Of a stretch of DNA of 64,000 nt, positions 26,578 through 39,784 are shown piece by piece. The stretch covers positions 35,016,251-35,080,250 of the forward strand of contig JASCQW010000139.1 in assembly GCA_030264375.1 (NCBI GenBank). Reading direction: 5' to 3'. This DNA comes from Carcharhinus longimanus (taxonomy: Eukaryota). Under the pieces are notes generated by a model. That model searched no databases. It was given only the letters and a program-made list of their open reading frames with translations, and was not told where the DNA came from. The position numbers and the translations under genes are program-made. Numbering within the stretch: the stretch's first letter is position 1; each line of letters opens with the position of its first letter.

Positions 26578-27402
26578 GGCCGGATTCTCCCAAAAAAAAA
26601 CTCTGTGCTGAATTGGCAGGAAAACTGATGTAAATCACGATTGTTTTTTCAGTGAGAGTTCAGACTCCAATCTCCCATACTTTGTGCAATGCAGAGATCA
26701 CAATCGTGGGGGGGTGCTATTCATGCCGGAGTGTGACAGTTCTGGGGCTTTGCACATGTGCAATAGCCCCGATCTGTCAGCCTCCCATTTCCTGGCCAGC
26801 TCGATCGTGGGGCAGCCTGGATCCCCAGCAATGCTGCCCCTACACTCCTCTCCCCCCCACCCCCCCCCATCCCCCACAACTATTCCTGGGCCCTGATGCC
26901 CCCTCCCCCAGCAGTGCTGATTCCCTCTGGCAGGCAGACCCCCATCCTACCCTGATTGCTGCCCTCCAGCTTTGACCAATCTCCATGAAGGGTGGCAGCA
27001 GGATCCCCCACCAATCGTGCCTAAACCCCACCCACAATAGGTCCCACCCCGTTGGCACTGCCCGATCTCCAGTGGGTAGTGCCACGGTGTCCCTTGTACA
27101 TGGGCACTTTGCCGTTTGGGCAGTGCCAAGGCACAGGCTGGCACTGCCAGTTTGCCCACGGAGTCTCAGAGAATTCAGTCCCAGTCCTGATAACGACATT
27201 CACAAAACATTAAAAATAGATTTAAATGGCTAACGTGGTCTTCCCACCAGTTTTCTGTGTTGTCTCGACCGTGGTAGATTTCTGGTGGTGGAAGATGCAC
27301 ATGCGTTGGGAACACTTGCACAAATCCCGTGAATCAGCGCAGTTGCACATCTCCCGACCTGACCTGCCAAAATATTAGAGGGGTGGAATGGGAGAATCGC
27401 CA
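26578..27402. mobile_element. Non-autonomous TIR element (MITE-like) with GC-rich interior
   Basis: Terminal inverted repeats ggccggattctccc / gggagaatcgcc. The interior is C-rich and has no credible coding potential. Confidence 0.6.
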
Positions 27403-28419
27403 TCTTGNNNNNNNNNNCTCCTGCAAATATAATGTTGAAGCTCCCTTGAAACTGTCAATTTTACTAAACTTTCTGGATATTTTGATAAAAGCAAATTACT
27501 GTGGATGCTGGAATCTGAAACCAAAAGAGAAAATGCTGGAAAATCTCTGCAGATCTTGCAGCATCTGTAAGGAGAGAAAAGAGCTGATGTTTCAAGTTCA
27601 GATGATCCTTTGTCAAAGCTAAAAAGCATTGATGTTAGGTCATGAATTGAGGTGATGAATAATGTTGGAGATTGATTGTTATTTGAAATCTGACTAATTC
27701 CATGGATTGGTACCAGTGCAAGATCATGACATGCTGGTAGACCTGCGATTGCTTGGTCTTTAGTCTTCATCATGATACTACCTCTGTGGCACTTGGGAGA
27801 ATTGATCAAACTTGCACTCCGTGGTGATGAAACCTGGTTTTACTATTGCCTTCCATGACTGGATATGTGTCTTTTAGAATTTGCAAGGGTAGTATGTTGA
27901 CATTTACCCCTGTGTCAATCTTGGCCAATAATGTGTAGTTACCAACTTTCTTAGGATAGATAAATTTGAATCTTGGCAAACACTTTGATGATTTGATGGC
28001 ATTCTAGGTTTTCCATGTGGTTGACGGTGTGAAAAAGTTCACTGCTCTTCGTCTCTATACGCACAGCATCACCATTTTCTGGTTTGTCAGTCATCTCATA
28101 TTTATGTTTCTTACAGGATACCAGATGGTCATTCTTATTTGCTTGATGGTAGCGGTTGTGGACGGTCTGTTTGGATCAATGCATGACTCTTTGTAGCTTC
28201 ATCAGTCTTTGTGGTACTGCACTGCCACTGCCAATGGCCTTTTCTGTCATATTGTGCAGAATTGCTGGAAAGCTGGGCAACTCACTGATGCATGCAGAAG
28301 GCCACACCTTTCACATGTCTTGCTAGGTTTGGGTGTTCCAGTTGGGGTTGTATGTAGGACCTGTAAGCTTTGTTGATTCTGAAATATGAGGCAGCCATGG
28401 ATGCCCCCTTGCAGTAGTC

Positions 28420-30003
28420 AGGATTCAGACAGAAAATAAATCAGGGGATAGAAAAGGCATGTAGGAAAGGCAATATTATGGTAATCATAGAGATTTCAAT
28501 ATGCAGGTGCTCTGGGAAAATCAAGTTGGTAGTGGATCCCAAGAAAAGGAATTTGTGGCTAAGGGATGATTTTTTGGAGCAGCTTGTGACAGAACCTACT
28601 AGGGAACAGGCACTTCTGGATTGTGTGATGAATAATGAGTCAGACTTGATTAGGGAACTTAGGGTGAAGGAACTCTTAGGGAACCATAATGTGATAGAAT
28701 TTACCCTGCAGTTTGAGAGGGAGAAACTGGAATCAGGTCTAATGATATTACAATTAAATAAAAGTAACGACAAAGACATGAGGGAGGAGCTGGGCAGAGT
28801 TGATTGGAAAGGAAGCCTAGCAGGGAAGATAGTAAAACAGCAATGGCAGGAGCTTTTGAGAGTTATTCGGGAGGCAAAACAGAAATTCATCCCAAGGAGG
28901 AGGAAACATGCTAAAGTGAGGACGAGGTATCCATGGTTGATGTGGGGAGCATAAAAGGAAAAGAAAAAACATACAAAATGGCAAGGATTATGGGAAGCCA
29001 GAGGATTGGGAAGCCTTTAAAAGCGAACAGAGGACAACTAAAAAAGCAATAAGGGGGGAAAAGATGAAATATGAATGTAAGCTAGCTAATAATATAAAAG
29101 AAGATAGGAAGAGTTTTTTTCAATATGTAAAAGACAAGAGAGAGGCAAAAATAGTCATTGGACCATTGGAAAATGAGGCTGGAGAAGTAATAATAGGAAA
29201 CAAAGCAATGGAATACAATGCGGAAAAGTGTGAGGTTATGCACTTTGAAAGGAGAAATGGAGGCATAGGCTATTTTCTAAATGGGAAAATGCTTAGGAAA
29301 TCAGAAACACAAAGAGACTTGGCAGTCATTTTTCAAGATTCTCCTCAGGTTAACGTGTAGATTCAGTCGGCAGTTAGTAAGGCAAATGCAATGTTAGCAT
29401 TCATGTCAAAAGGGCTATAATGCAAGAGCAGGGGTGTACTTCTGAGGCTGTATAAGGCTCTGGTCAGACCCCATTTGGAGTATTGTGAGCAGTTTTGGAA
29501 AGGACGTGCTGGCCTTGGAAAGGTTCCAGAGAAGGTTCATAGAATGATTCCTGGGATGAAGAGCTTGTGGTATGAGAAACGGCTGAGGACTCAGAGTCTG
29601 TAATTATTGGAGTTTAGAAGGATGGGAGGGATATTATTGAAACTTACAAGGTACTGCAAAGCCTGGATAGAGTGGATGTGGAGAGGATGTTTCCACTATT
29701 AGGAAAAACTAGAACTAGAGGGCACAACCTCAGGCTAAAGGGATGATCCTTTAAAACAGAGATGAGGAGGAATTTCTTCAGCCAGAATGGTAAATCTGTG
29801 GAACTCTTTGCTGCAGAAGGCTGTGGCGCTAGGTCATGGAGATCTTTAAGACAGAGCTAGGTTCTTGATTAATAAGGGGATCAGGGATTATGGAGAAAAG
29901 GCAAGACAATGGGGATGAGAAAAAATATCAGACATGATTGAATGGTGGAGCAGACTTGATGGGTTGAGTGCCTTAATTCTGCTCCTATCTCTTATGGCCT
30001 TAT
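28420..30003 (+). mobile_element. CR1 LINE with an internal deletion of the RT core
   Basis: Endonuclease C-terminal part FLEQLVTEPTREQALLDCVMNNE...; LANNIKEDRKSFFQYVK...IGPLENEAGEVIIGNKAM joined directly to EYNAEKCEVMHF; intact-looking 3' tail. Confidence 0.9.
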
Positions 30004-30094
30004 AACTTCAATGGCACTGGTATTCAATTAAGATGGTGTCAATGCTTGGCTGTGCTTTTAACTAGCAAATTAATTAGTTGAGTACTTCTGTCTC

Positions 30095-30390
30095 TCCTGC
30101 CCTTTCAGGCAGTGAGTTGCAGACGCCCACAACTCTGGGTGAAAAAAAGGTTTTCCTCATCTCCCCTCAACTTAGTACCAATAATTTTAAATCTATGCCC
30201 CCGTAGTCATTGTCCCCACTGCTAAAGTAGCTTGATCCTTCCAATCTACTCAATCCAGGTCACTTGCAATTTTGTGCACCTCAGTCAAATCTCCCTTCAG
30301 CCTCCTGTGCTCCAAAAAGGACAGCCCCAGCCTACACAATCTTTCCTCAGCTGCCGTTTTCCAGTCCTGGGGACATTCTCATACATCTTT
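30095..30390 (-). mobile_element. CR1 LINE fragment
   Basis: Reverse complement resembles the CR1 ORF2 C-terminus (actacgggggcatagatttaaa; ttttttcacccagagttgtggg). Confidence 0.6.
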
Positions 30391-33025
30391 GTACAAAATT
30401 AGAGTTTTTCACATTGCATTTTATTAAAATTCTAATGGCAGTTCTGCAGATTGTCATAATAGTTATAACCATGAATCTTTTTGAAGTATTAACTTTCTAG
30501 ATTTTCTCTCTACCTTTGTGTTCCTGTTTTGTAGTGTTATTCTGTCAGTTGGAATGGCATTCACATGTTCTTGTAGATCTGTGTATGGCTTGGAGAAGTT
30601 TAAAAATAGCCATGTTTTATGTTATGCTGCTAGGCTTGACCATCATGCCATCCTGAGTTGCATGTATGGAATTACTACCATAATTGTGATGTGCTGTTGT
30701 CACAACTATCATGCAGGGGTTTGAGGAGTGTGAAATGCACTTCAATGTATATAGTTTCAGCCTGAGTTTGTTCGCCACTATTAAAATAAGTTCAGCTCAA
30801 GCTCAAGAACAGCTCTTCATCTTTCATTTGGCATTTTTGAACCTTTCAGATCTGACACTGAATTCAACAATTTGAAATCCTAATCACTGTTCCCGTTTTT
30901 TGAGATGGATGCTGGTAATGGTTTTGCTGTTGCCCTTTATAGCTCTTCTGGACCCCAGCTTTTATTTATTTTGTTATAGCCATCCATCATTTCTTTTGAC
31001 ATTTGGTCACCCCTGACTCACTGATATTTCTTGCCTCTGAATGTTGTATCTCTAACCTCCATTTTTGACTCAAGGCTATTGATGTGGAACATTACCTTTG
31101 TTTCTGTTTCTCTCTCTCTCTCCCCATCTCTCTATCTACATGGTGCCTGATTTGCTTGAGTTATTTCTCTCTTGTAAGTTTGCAGAATCTGCTGAAATCT
31201 GCTTTTTGAGTGTACCTTACCTTTGGCAACTCGGCAGTTACAAAGAAATTAATGGCACTTTGAATAGTAAAAATAGAGAAAATACTGCACCCTAGAGAAA
31301 CTCTGAACTTCCACAAGCAAATCAAGGTGCTTTAGAAACCTTTGGAAAGCACTGAACAGGAAGTGAACAATTTGGGTTGTTTGCTGTATTTCCTTAAAAG
31401 GGTTAAGAGAGTCCTAATTCAAAGAACTGGCAAAATGAAATGAGAAGGAGAGTTTTTTTAATTTGGTTATACCAGCCATTGCTTGCAATTCCAACTTGCA
31501 TGTGCTGTAATAGCAATAATGATCAGGAATGTCAAAACTACAACTTGTGGGTCAATATGGCACCCAGATCCTGGCCTACAAAACCAAGTACACCCTGATT
31601 GTCATCTTTCAATCTTGTGGGCTTGGAGATTTGCAAAGAACTTTGTATTATTACCTAATTAGCAGATAAATACTAATTTATTATTTGAAGACTTGCTATT
31701 AATGACTGAGATAATTGCAGATTAACATGAATATTAATTTAAACATTGGATGTGTGCCCTCACCCCCATCCCCAAGCTCCACTTTGCGCAGCTTAGGAGC
31801 CCTCAAGGAAGAATGCTCGAATGTTTCTTATTGGTGGTGCCAGGGTAATGAAACATTGAGGTTATACTTAATCTCCATAGGCACCTAAATTTCTCAATAA
31901 TTCCACTCCTTTACAGATGCATTATTGTCTGATAATTATTGGAAATGGTGATGAATTTGCATGGCAGATAACAGTAGCCCTGTTAAGATACAATACACTG
32001 ACTGTAACCCTGGCATAATTCTGAAACGTTTAAGATTTGATTATTATGGAGGATGCCAGCAGGAATTGTAACTATTGGGCTGCAAGTTGCCTAGGCAGAT
32101 ATGGCCGTCCTTTTTGGAAATTTATGGTCGGAGTCCAAGATCATTGTTATCAGAAAATGTTGTGTTTGGCATTGATGGGAATCCTCAGGGATTACAGTTG
32201 CACAATAACTACTGGCCTCGGACCATTATTTCCGGTGCCTGACAAACTACTGGCTCTAAATTGCACTGACATCATCGATAAGGAGGTGCTGTCTGTGCTT
32301 GCAAACTTTCACAAGCAGCTCTGAGAGGCAGTGTAAAGACATTCAAATGACAAAATTGGGTAAAATTTGCTCTTGAATCTCTTTTTAGCCTTTTTTACAA
32401 ATAAAAGCTACAGACTAATAAATCTATGTACCGGTTCTTTGCAACAGTAGTTGGTGTACTGAACTTGACTTGTTGCTCCGTCCTATGAAGGGAGTGGCTT
32501 ATCTTCCAGCTCTGATGCAATGCTTCCAACCAAAATAATAACTTGCTTTCGCTTTGAAATTCTAATGGACCCTTTGTTCAGATTTCCTGAATGTTTTATT
32601 CTCCCGAGCACTTACAGCATTTTTGTTTGCTATTGTCATTGAAGTTTGTAGGTGACGGGTAAGAACAGAATTGAGCACTGCTATGGACATCCACAGTCAA
32701 ATGGTCTGCAAACACCTACTTTCTAGACTTACTTGAATGGCCACTTTGCTGAAAAGCTTGGAGGTGCCTGGGGTACAGTACTTTACAGGAGCTGGTACTT
32801 TCAGAACAGCAGAAAAGATGAGAATATTGAGGAAAAATATGAAAAAATTGAGTCAATGTGAGGACTGAATGTTAAGTGAATTAGAACAGGAGGAATGGAT
32901 TCAGTGGGTTGGATATAGGGAACAGTATGTCAAAGGTATGAAGAAGTACAAATATGGTATAATGCCTTTTTGTGTTGTTGGGAAAACCTGAAATTCTTCC
33001 TCTATTTTCCTGAGCCAATATTCAG

Positions 33026-33142
33026 AGAATATGAATCTCGATTGTCCAGATATGCAGAGCGAATTTGGACATGTAAAAGCACAGGCAGCAACCAACTCAC
33101 TCACAAGGAGGCCTGGGAAGAGGAGCAAGAAGTAACTGAACT
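33026..33142 (+). CDS. BAZ1B: BAZ1B exon 2 (WAC domain)
   Basis: EYESRLSRYAERIWTCKSTGSNQLTHKEAWEEEQEVTE(L); 117 nt; donor gtaagt. Confidence 0.97.
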
Positions 33143-33431
33143 GTAAGTATATCGTATTGTTGATTACAAGTACATTCAATAAGTTGATAGCAATTTGGTG
33201 CTGGGGTGAATTCCATAAAGTTCGATGGGGTATTTGACTTATGTAACATCCTTCTTAGAAGAGTGTCCCAACTAATTAATAACTAGACTGTGGCCCATGT
33301 TGATAGAACACAGTATGTGAACCAGTTTCAACTTCGTAATATATATTTGGGATTAGTCCTATTAGTTGAGTGATGGCAGCATAAGTTTTTCAGACTGTAT
33401 TAACACAGGGTCATGTGGTATAGGATTGTTA

Positions 33432-33628
33432 ATTAAAAGCACAATGTTGGAGAAGCTGGAAACCTGAAATAAAAACAGAAAATGCGGGAAAACTCTGCAA
33501 GTCTGGCAAAATCTCTGGTGGGAGAAACATTGAGGCCAGTATGAGTCTTCTTTGCACTTGAAGTGTTAACACTGTTTCTTTCTCCACAGATGCTGCCAGA
33601 CCTGAATCTGTCCAGCATCTTCTGTTAT
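33432..33628. repeat. Imperfect palindromic dispersed repeat; related copies near 20090-20180, 23600-23775, 27488-27620 and 31070-31210
   Basis: Left arm aaacagaaaatgcgggaaaactctgcaagtctggcaaaatctctggtgggagaaaca versus right arm tgtttctttctccacagatgctgccagacctgaatctgtccagcatcttctgtt. Confidence 0.7.
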
Positions 33629-34979
33629 TATGGGTTTTTTAATCCTGCTTCTGTTGAAAGACAGGATATGCTAGTCAGGATGGAGAGATTTAAGGGCATC
33701 TCATAGTCATTGAATGTTCAGTAGGTTCTCTAACTATCAGTGGGGAAACTGTTGAAACAGGCTGGGTGAAGGGAGACAAATTCTGAAATATAGTATTATT
33801 GAGCTTCCCTGAAAGTATAATGGTTCGGAAAAGGGGCTGATTTGTGAGGTTTTACCCTGCGAAACGATATACAAAAGTAATTTGCATGTTAAACTTCCTA
33901 TCTGATTAAGGAGGAAAAATTGGAATGTAAACACGTGCTCTCATCTATATGGCTAGAGTACGTTCCTGGCATGACTTTGAGATAAACTTCATTTCCCCAT
34001 TATTTAAAGTACAGTTCTCGCTTTATTGAAAGGTAGGGACATTGCACTGTTTCCTCCTCTGTCTCATTCTTAGTACCCAAACTGTAGGAGTTCTTTTTGT
34101 CTTTTGCTAACAGCTGCCTTCATTTTAAAACAAGACTTGGCATCACGTAATTGTGAAGTTGTAATTCACCTCATCCTCTTTGAGACTATTTTCAAGCTTC
34201 ATATAACACTCGACCATCTTCTTAGTTTCTCAAATTCGCGAAAAATGGCATAATCTTCCTCAACAGAATTAATTGGTTGGATATTAAATTTCAACTAATA
34301 TGACTATTAGAGATAACCGCTTAAAATAGCTGCATGCTGTCCTACTGGGAACCTGATTATGCTGCCAGATCTACTGATGTCATTCTTTGTCAACTGTTAG
34401 TGCAAACAAGTACTCCAGAGTGCAGAAAAATCATTTTGAAATTGGTCAACAGATACAGGCTAACCTCAGTAAAAGCTTCAGTAGCTTCACTTTCTATTCT
34501 AGAGAATGGAGGTTATCTCCGTTTTTACTGGGATAACCAAATTGACCACCTGGGAGAATGAGTCCAAGATCTCAAATATTCCTATCCCAGTGTTTATTTA
34601 AAGTCTAGTGGCTTCAGTTATATGCATGTTCATCAAAACAGAAAAGCGAGCAACCAAACTAATCCATTGGGAACTTCAAAACCGCACCAGTGTAAATTGG
34701 AGATTGTTAATATTCATTTAGAGGAATAACATGAGAGTTAGTTGTAATTATTTGCTATTCCAATGTTTAATGGTGTTATCTTTATGGCCTGTTGTCTAAT
34801 ACTCAGCTATGTAGCTAAAGTGCTATCTTTGATTTCTAATCTGGTTAAATTACCTAATTTCTGACAGGATTGAGGTTAGGAATCTATAATTGGCCTAAAT
34901 CTATGGAATGTTTGTGGGGGTAAAGAAATCAGAATCTGCCAAGATCTTGACTGCCACCAAATGACTTTTATAGTAAATA

Positions 34980-37900
34980 TGTATCTGAACAGAGTAGTTT
35001 CTGTGGTATACCCGTGAGGCAGGGNNNNNNNNNNNNNNNNNNNNNNNNNNNNNNNNNNNNNNNNNNNNNNNNNNNNNNNNNNNNNNNNNNNNNNNNNNNN
35101 NNNNNNNNNNNNNNNNNNNNNNNNATCTGACTCTATACTAACAGGCAGACCCCATTGAGGTATTATAGTTTTTACAGAGGACCTTTGCTGTGTGCATGGC
35201 AGTGACGCAATGTGTAGGAGTTGCCTCCATCCATCTAGAGAATTTGTCCACTTTAACTAAAATGCCTGCATATATGCTTGGCATGGCGGCCGTGAAACAT
35301 AGTCCACTTGTAAGTGCTGAATGGTCCTGGAGGTGTGGGTGCTTTTAGTTGTGGTACCTGCACCTTGGTCCCAACATTATTCCTTTGACAGATTGGACAG
35401 AGATCCACTACAGCTGAGTATACCTTTAAAACCACATCCCACTAGCTGCGCTGAAATCACACAGTTGCCTGTTTGGATCCTAAGCGTCCACAGGAGTGAG
35501 TTTGTTGTGCCAAATAGAGCATCAGAGTGTCAAGGGTTACTGGTCTTTCTGTCTCACTGTGTCGCATAAATCATCTCAATATAACTTCGCCTCATTCCCC
35601 ATCCATGCCCATTTTTCCTGTCGGGTACAGCTGTACTGCATTTGGGATGATATCTGGAGATTCTGAAGGGAGTGATCCTTGCTTGCAGATCTTTGCATTC
35701 CCAGATTGTATCCTGGCAGCTGCTTTGGCTGCTTCGTCCGCCAGTATGTTTCCTCTGGCTTCCTTGGTGTTATTCTGATTGCGTGCCTTGCCTTTTGAAT
35801 TAGCCACTTCCTTTAGCAACTGCATGGCTTCCAACAAATCCTTCGTGTCCTGCCTGTGTTTAATCGGAATTCCTGCTGCTGTGAGAAAACCACAGTGTTG
35901 CCATAATTGCCCAAAATTATGAGCTACTCCAAAAACATATCGAGAATCCATGTTTATATTGGTAGTTCGATCTTGTGCTATTTTACAAGCTTCCACTGGG
36001 GCTTGCAACTCTCCCTATTGTGCAAGTGTCTCTGACGGGTGGTTTCCCTTAGCAGCCACCGAGTAGAGGGTGGTCACAGCCCAACCTGCTTTCTGGACTC
36101 CATTTTCAACAAATCAAGGTTTTCCAAGGCTCCTTTCTTAGCGCTACTTATTTTCTTCATTTCTTGTCCCAAGTCCACACAGTCACGGGGAATCTCCCAC
36201 TCTGATTCTGGGAGCAAGAAAGCTGGATTTACCATGCTTCCCTTTATGATCTCAATGTTCGGTGCTTCCAATATTGTCGTCCACCTCGTCCATCTTGGTT
36301 TGGTGATTTGCGAGACCAGATTCATTGGTAATAAAGTATGAACTGTATGAGGGCGTTTGATGATAAGCTTCTGATCCAAGACTGCATCACTATTGCGTTG
36401 ACTGCCATGCATGTGGCCTGCACTGTCCACAAGCATGCCCCCGCCCTATCTTTCGGCCACATTATCCAGTTTTCCCAAATAATATCCTACTGGTAAGAAC
36501 CTATCACCATAATCCCGGGTGAGTACCCTGGTCACATATTCTCCTCATGCGCAAACAAGATAAAGGGTTTTCTGTTATCGGGGATTCCTAATGCTGGAGT
36601 GGTATATAAAGCCTACTTCAGCAGATGAAAAATCTGTTTTTTTCCCCCTCATTTTGTTCTGTTTCTTCTTTCAAATCCCATTTCTCCTTAACGAGGTCCA
36701 TCAACGGTTGTGCCAATTGTTTGTACGAATCTATCCTGCATTGATTGTAGTTGCAAAGGCCCAAAAACACTCTTAATTCCAAGACCGTGGTGGACTGCAT
36801 GACAGTCCGTATAGCAGCAGTCTGATGCCGAGTTACCTCATTCTTGACCTGGGATATCTTCTGACCCAAATAAACAATTACCCCCTGAGCAATATGGGCT
36901 CTATCAGTGCTAGCCTCATGGCCCTTCTGGTGCAAACCACATTGTTCTTGTGCTGTTCTTCAGCCTCGGAGGTTACCAAAATACCATCTACATGTTGGAT
37001 GATAATTGAATTTGTCTGCGGCGTCTCATAAAGTTGATTTCGTAAAAACAAATGATAAACTGTGGACTGTTGTGGAATCTCTGAGGGAGCTTTGTCCATG
37101 TGTTCTGATGTTGGTCTCTTGTAAAAGCAAACTAAGGCTGAATCTCAGGTGTTAGGGGAAGAGACCAAAAACCATTTGCCATTTCCATCACTGAAAACCA
37201 CTTGTGGTCTGGTGATAGGGCATTAAAGATGGTTGAAGGACTGGCCACCCAGGAGGTTAGTTAATGCACTTGTTGATTAGCATTCCTATAATCCACTGAA
37301 AACCTTCAAGTTCCGTTTGTTTTCTTCACTGGTCAAACAGGACTGTTGGAAATACTGAGTCTTATTCAGTATTCCTCTTTCCACCAACTGGTTCACAATG
37401 GGCAGGATCCCATCTATAGATGTCTGGCTAATGGAATACTACCGAGTGCAGGACGGAATGGTCCCAGTGAAGGCTACTGGGTCCATTTGTAACAGTCCAT
37501 GATCATTCTTGTCCTTAGCCAAATGGATTGTTCCCTCAGTTCGTGTTTCTCCAGGAGCCTGATATTCCAAGTGACTTTCCCCTTTGAGAAACACAAAGAT
37601 GAGTCCACTTGAGTAAGCATGCCCATTTCCAGAGGACCTGGGTAACCGTCCCATCTACACAGGCATCTCAGTTCTGTGTAGACCCAGCCGTAATGCCAGA
37701 GGAATTGTCCAACACTTGCATGTTCGTCGTTCTCTCCCCGCCCCTTCGCCCACATCTTATTGCCTGATAGGGAAACTTGTGGTAACTGATCCCTGGGTAT
37801 AGATGTTAACACTGCTCCGGTGTCCAATAAACAACTCACTGAGCCAGTGCTCCCATTCACATAAAGGCTGTTGGCTCTTTGTTGCAAAAGTGCCAACAGT

Positions 37901-39647
37901 GGTGAAATGAGGGTAGGATCTACTCTTTTTGTCACGTGCAGAGCTGCTTCCTGCTGTCGGGCAGTGAGCTGCTTAAAATTGCTCTACTAATCTGTCTGGT
38001 TCGTCTTTAGCATTCTTCTCAGGATTCCCATTCTACATTTCTCTATCTTGTTCCCATGCTTGATGTTTTTACCCAATGGCCTTCCTTTCCATAATTATGA
38101 CACTGACCTGGGCGTCTGTCATTTGACGAACACACTGTCACTTTGCACGGTTCTGACATCCCGTTCTCACCAACTAGTGTACATAACCAGTTAATATAGG
38201 TGGTGCCTCTTTCTCCCCAATTAGGTTTGTTAACCTTCAACGTTTTAGATAATTCCAGCTTCGGGCCATCCACAGACGCTGATTTTAATGGCACCAATGT
38301 ACTTGTATCTATGTTTTCTGCTGTTAGTGCCTGAATGCCCGAATGCTCAAGCCAAGTCATCTTGAACTGTTCTCCATAATCAGATTTTCCTTCACTCGCT
38401 TTTCGTTGACACAACGATATTTTACTCTGGTCCGTTTTACTTGGCGTGTACACCATGCACCACAGTCGGATCTTGTTCCATCTCTTTATTAACGCCCAGT
38501 CCTTCCAAGACATTCGTCATTAACGTTCCAGTTTGCCTCTGGAACCATAAAGAATAACGTATGTATATAAAGGATAATATCTCCAGTGGGTGAAGCCCAT
38601 AAATTCCTTTTAGTCACTTCAAAGTCTCCCACTTCTTTGCTCCACTTCTCTTAGGGTGAGTTATTTCTTTAATCCATTTATCGATCTTTTCTGAGTCTGC
38701 TGTTATATGGACTGCCATGTTACCATATTTGTTGTGGGTACAACTGATCCTCCCCTCCATCTGTTGTTTTTTCAGACTCAATCTTCACCCTCTTATATTT
38801 CAGGGGGGAAAGCTTCATCAGTGTTACTTCCTCTTCCTCCTCCTCCGGAGAAGACTCTTTGCCTCCAAAGACTACTTTTAGTTGTCTTGCCCGTACTTAT
38901 TGTTCATTTCATTCCAGAATAGATACATTCTGGGAATGAGCACTCATAGAGGCTTACTGAGCCTCAAAATCACAACCTTATTTGCAAGTTTCCAACATTT
39001 CTGTTTCTCCTCCTTCAAAGAGGTACAAGCTGTGGCGAATTGATCCAGGAGCCCCTTAACCTTTTGATCCGACTCTACATGTCTGATAGTTTAATTTTGT
39101 AGCATGAGTTGTCTCATCACGGCCAGGGAACAGCGAATGTGGTCCTTGCTGGACAACCTTTTGGCTTTACCTCGTGCTTGCCTAGTATCGTCCAAGGCTC
39201 ATTATCTCTTGGAGGTGCCATATTTTTATTTAATTTTAATGAATGTTTTCTTTTAATCGAACCACTATTCTGCAAACTCTTTTTCGGTTGGCGCATCATC
39301 TTTTTCTCTGTTATGTTCAGATAGATACTGCCACCCTTCTCTGTAGTAGATTTTACTTTTACTCATATTTCCTGTCATCCTGAAGTCCGAGAACTAGTGA
39401 AGTCTACAGCTGTTGAAGCCAAATAATGACCGTAGGCTATCCTTTAGCCGAGGAGTGCACTCAATGGGGGTCTTCACTGAAACATCTAGCCCAGGTGTCA
39501 GACAAATGTGGAATCGTGTGAGCAGCCAACTGAGAGTCACGTAATGGAGAAGAACCTTTTTTAGGAGGGGTTCTTTCCTCTTGGCGCCGATGGGTCCGTT
39601 GATGCCCCTCAAGTCAAATTCGATCAGTGATCCTACCGACTATGCCA
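34980..39647 (-). mobile_element. Degenerate endogenous retrovirus (PBS-gag-pro-RT-tether-RNase H-5' integrase), antisense in BAZ1B intron 2, truncated within integrase
   Basis: Gag MHR-like SKISLCQRKASEGKSDYGEQF and knuckle remnant CHNYGKEGHW; protease LLDTGA; RT ANGFWSLPL, FAFT..TWTKLPQRFHNSP and QHVDGILV; tether RWTRWTTIL...VNPAFLLP; RNase H DSRYVFGVAH...GNILADEAAKAAA; integrase CPICQ and VDKFSRWMEA. Many stops and frameshifts. Confidence 0.9.
39630..39647 (-). promoter_or_regulatory. Primer-binding site complementary to the tRNA-Ser 3' end
   Basis: Plus strand ATCCTACCGACTATGCCA versus tRNA-Ser 3' end ATCCTGCCGACTACGCCA (16/18, both transitions), 4 nt from an LTR-type CA end. Confidence 0.8.
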
Positions 39648-39651
39648 GAAT

Positions 39652-39784
39652 TGTTAGGTTCAAGAATTTGCTTGCGATCTGGTGTAAGTTTATTAGGAGT
39701 TCCTTCTTTTGTTACTAGTCTTCTTCTATTGTTCTGTCTTACATAGTCATTATTATATGTCACTCCAGACAATGCCCATTTACA
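39652..39784 (-). mobile_element. 5' LTR remnant of the ERV (distal boundary uncertain)
   Basis: Minus strand ...CCTAACA abuts the PBS; minus-strand AATAAA about 35 nt inside the end. Confidence 0.5.

Larger units (their letters stand above)
23010..33025 (+). other. BAZ1B: U12-type (minor spliceosome) GT-AG intron 1 of BAZ1B
   Basis: 5' splice site GTATCCTT is the U12 consensus. Branch-like TTTTCCTGAGCC (33005-33016) sits just upstream of the AG with no intervening polypyrimidine tract. Confidence 0.88.
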
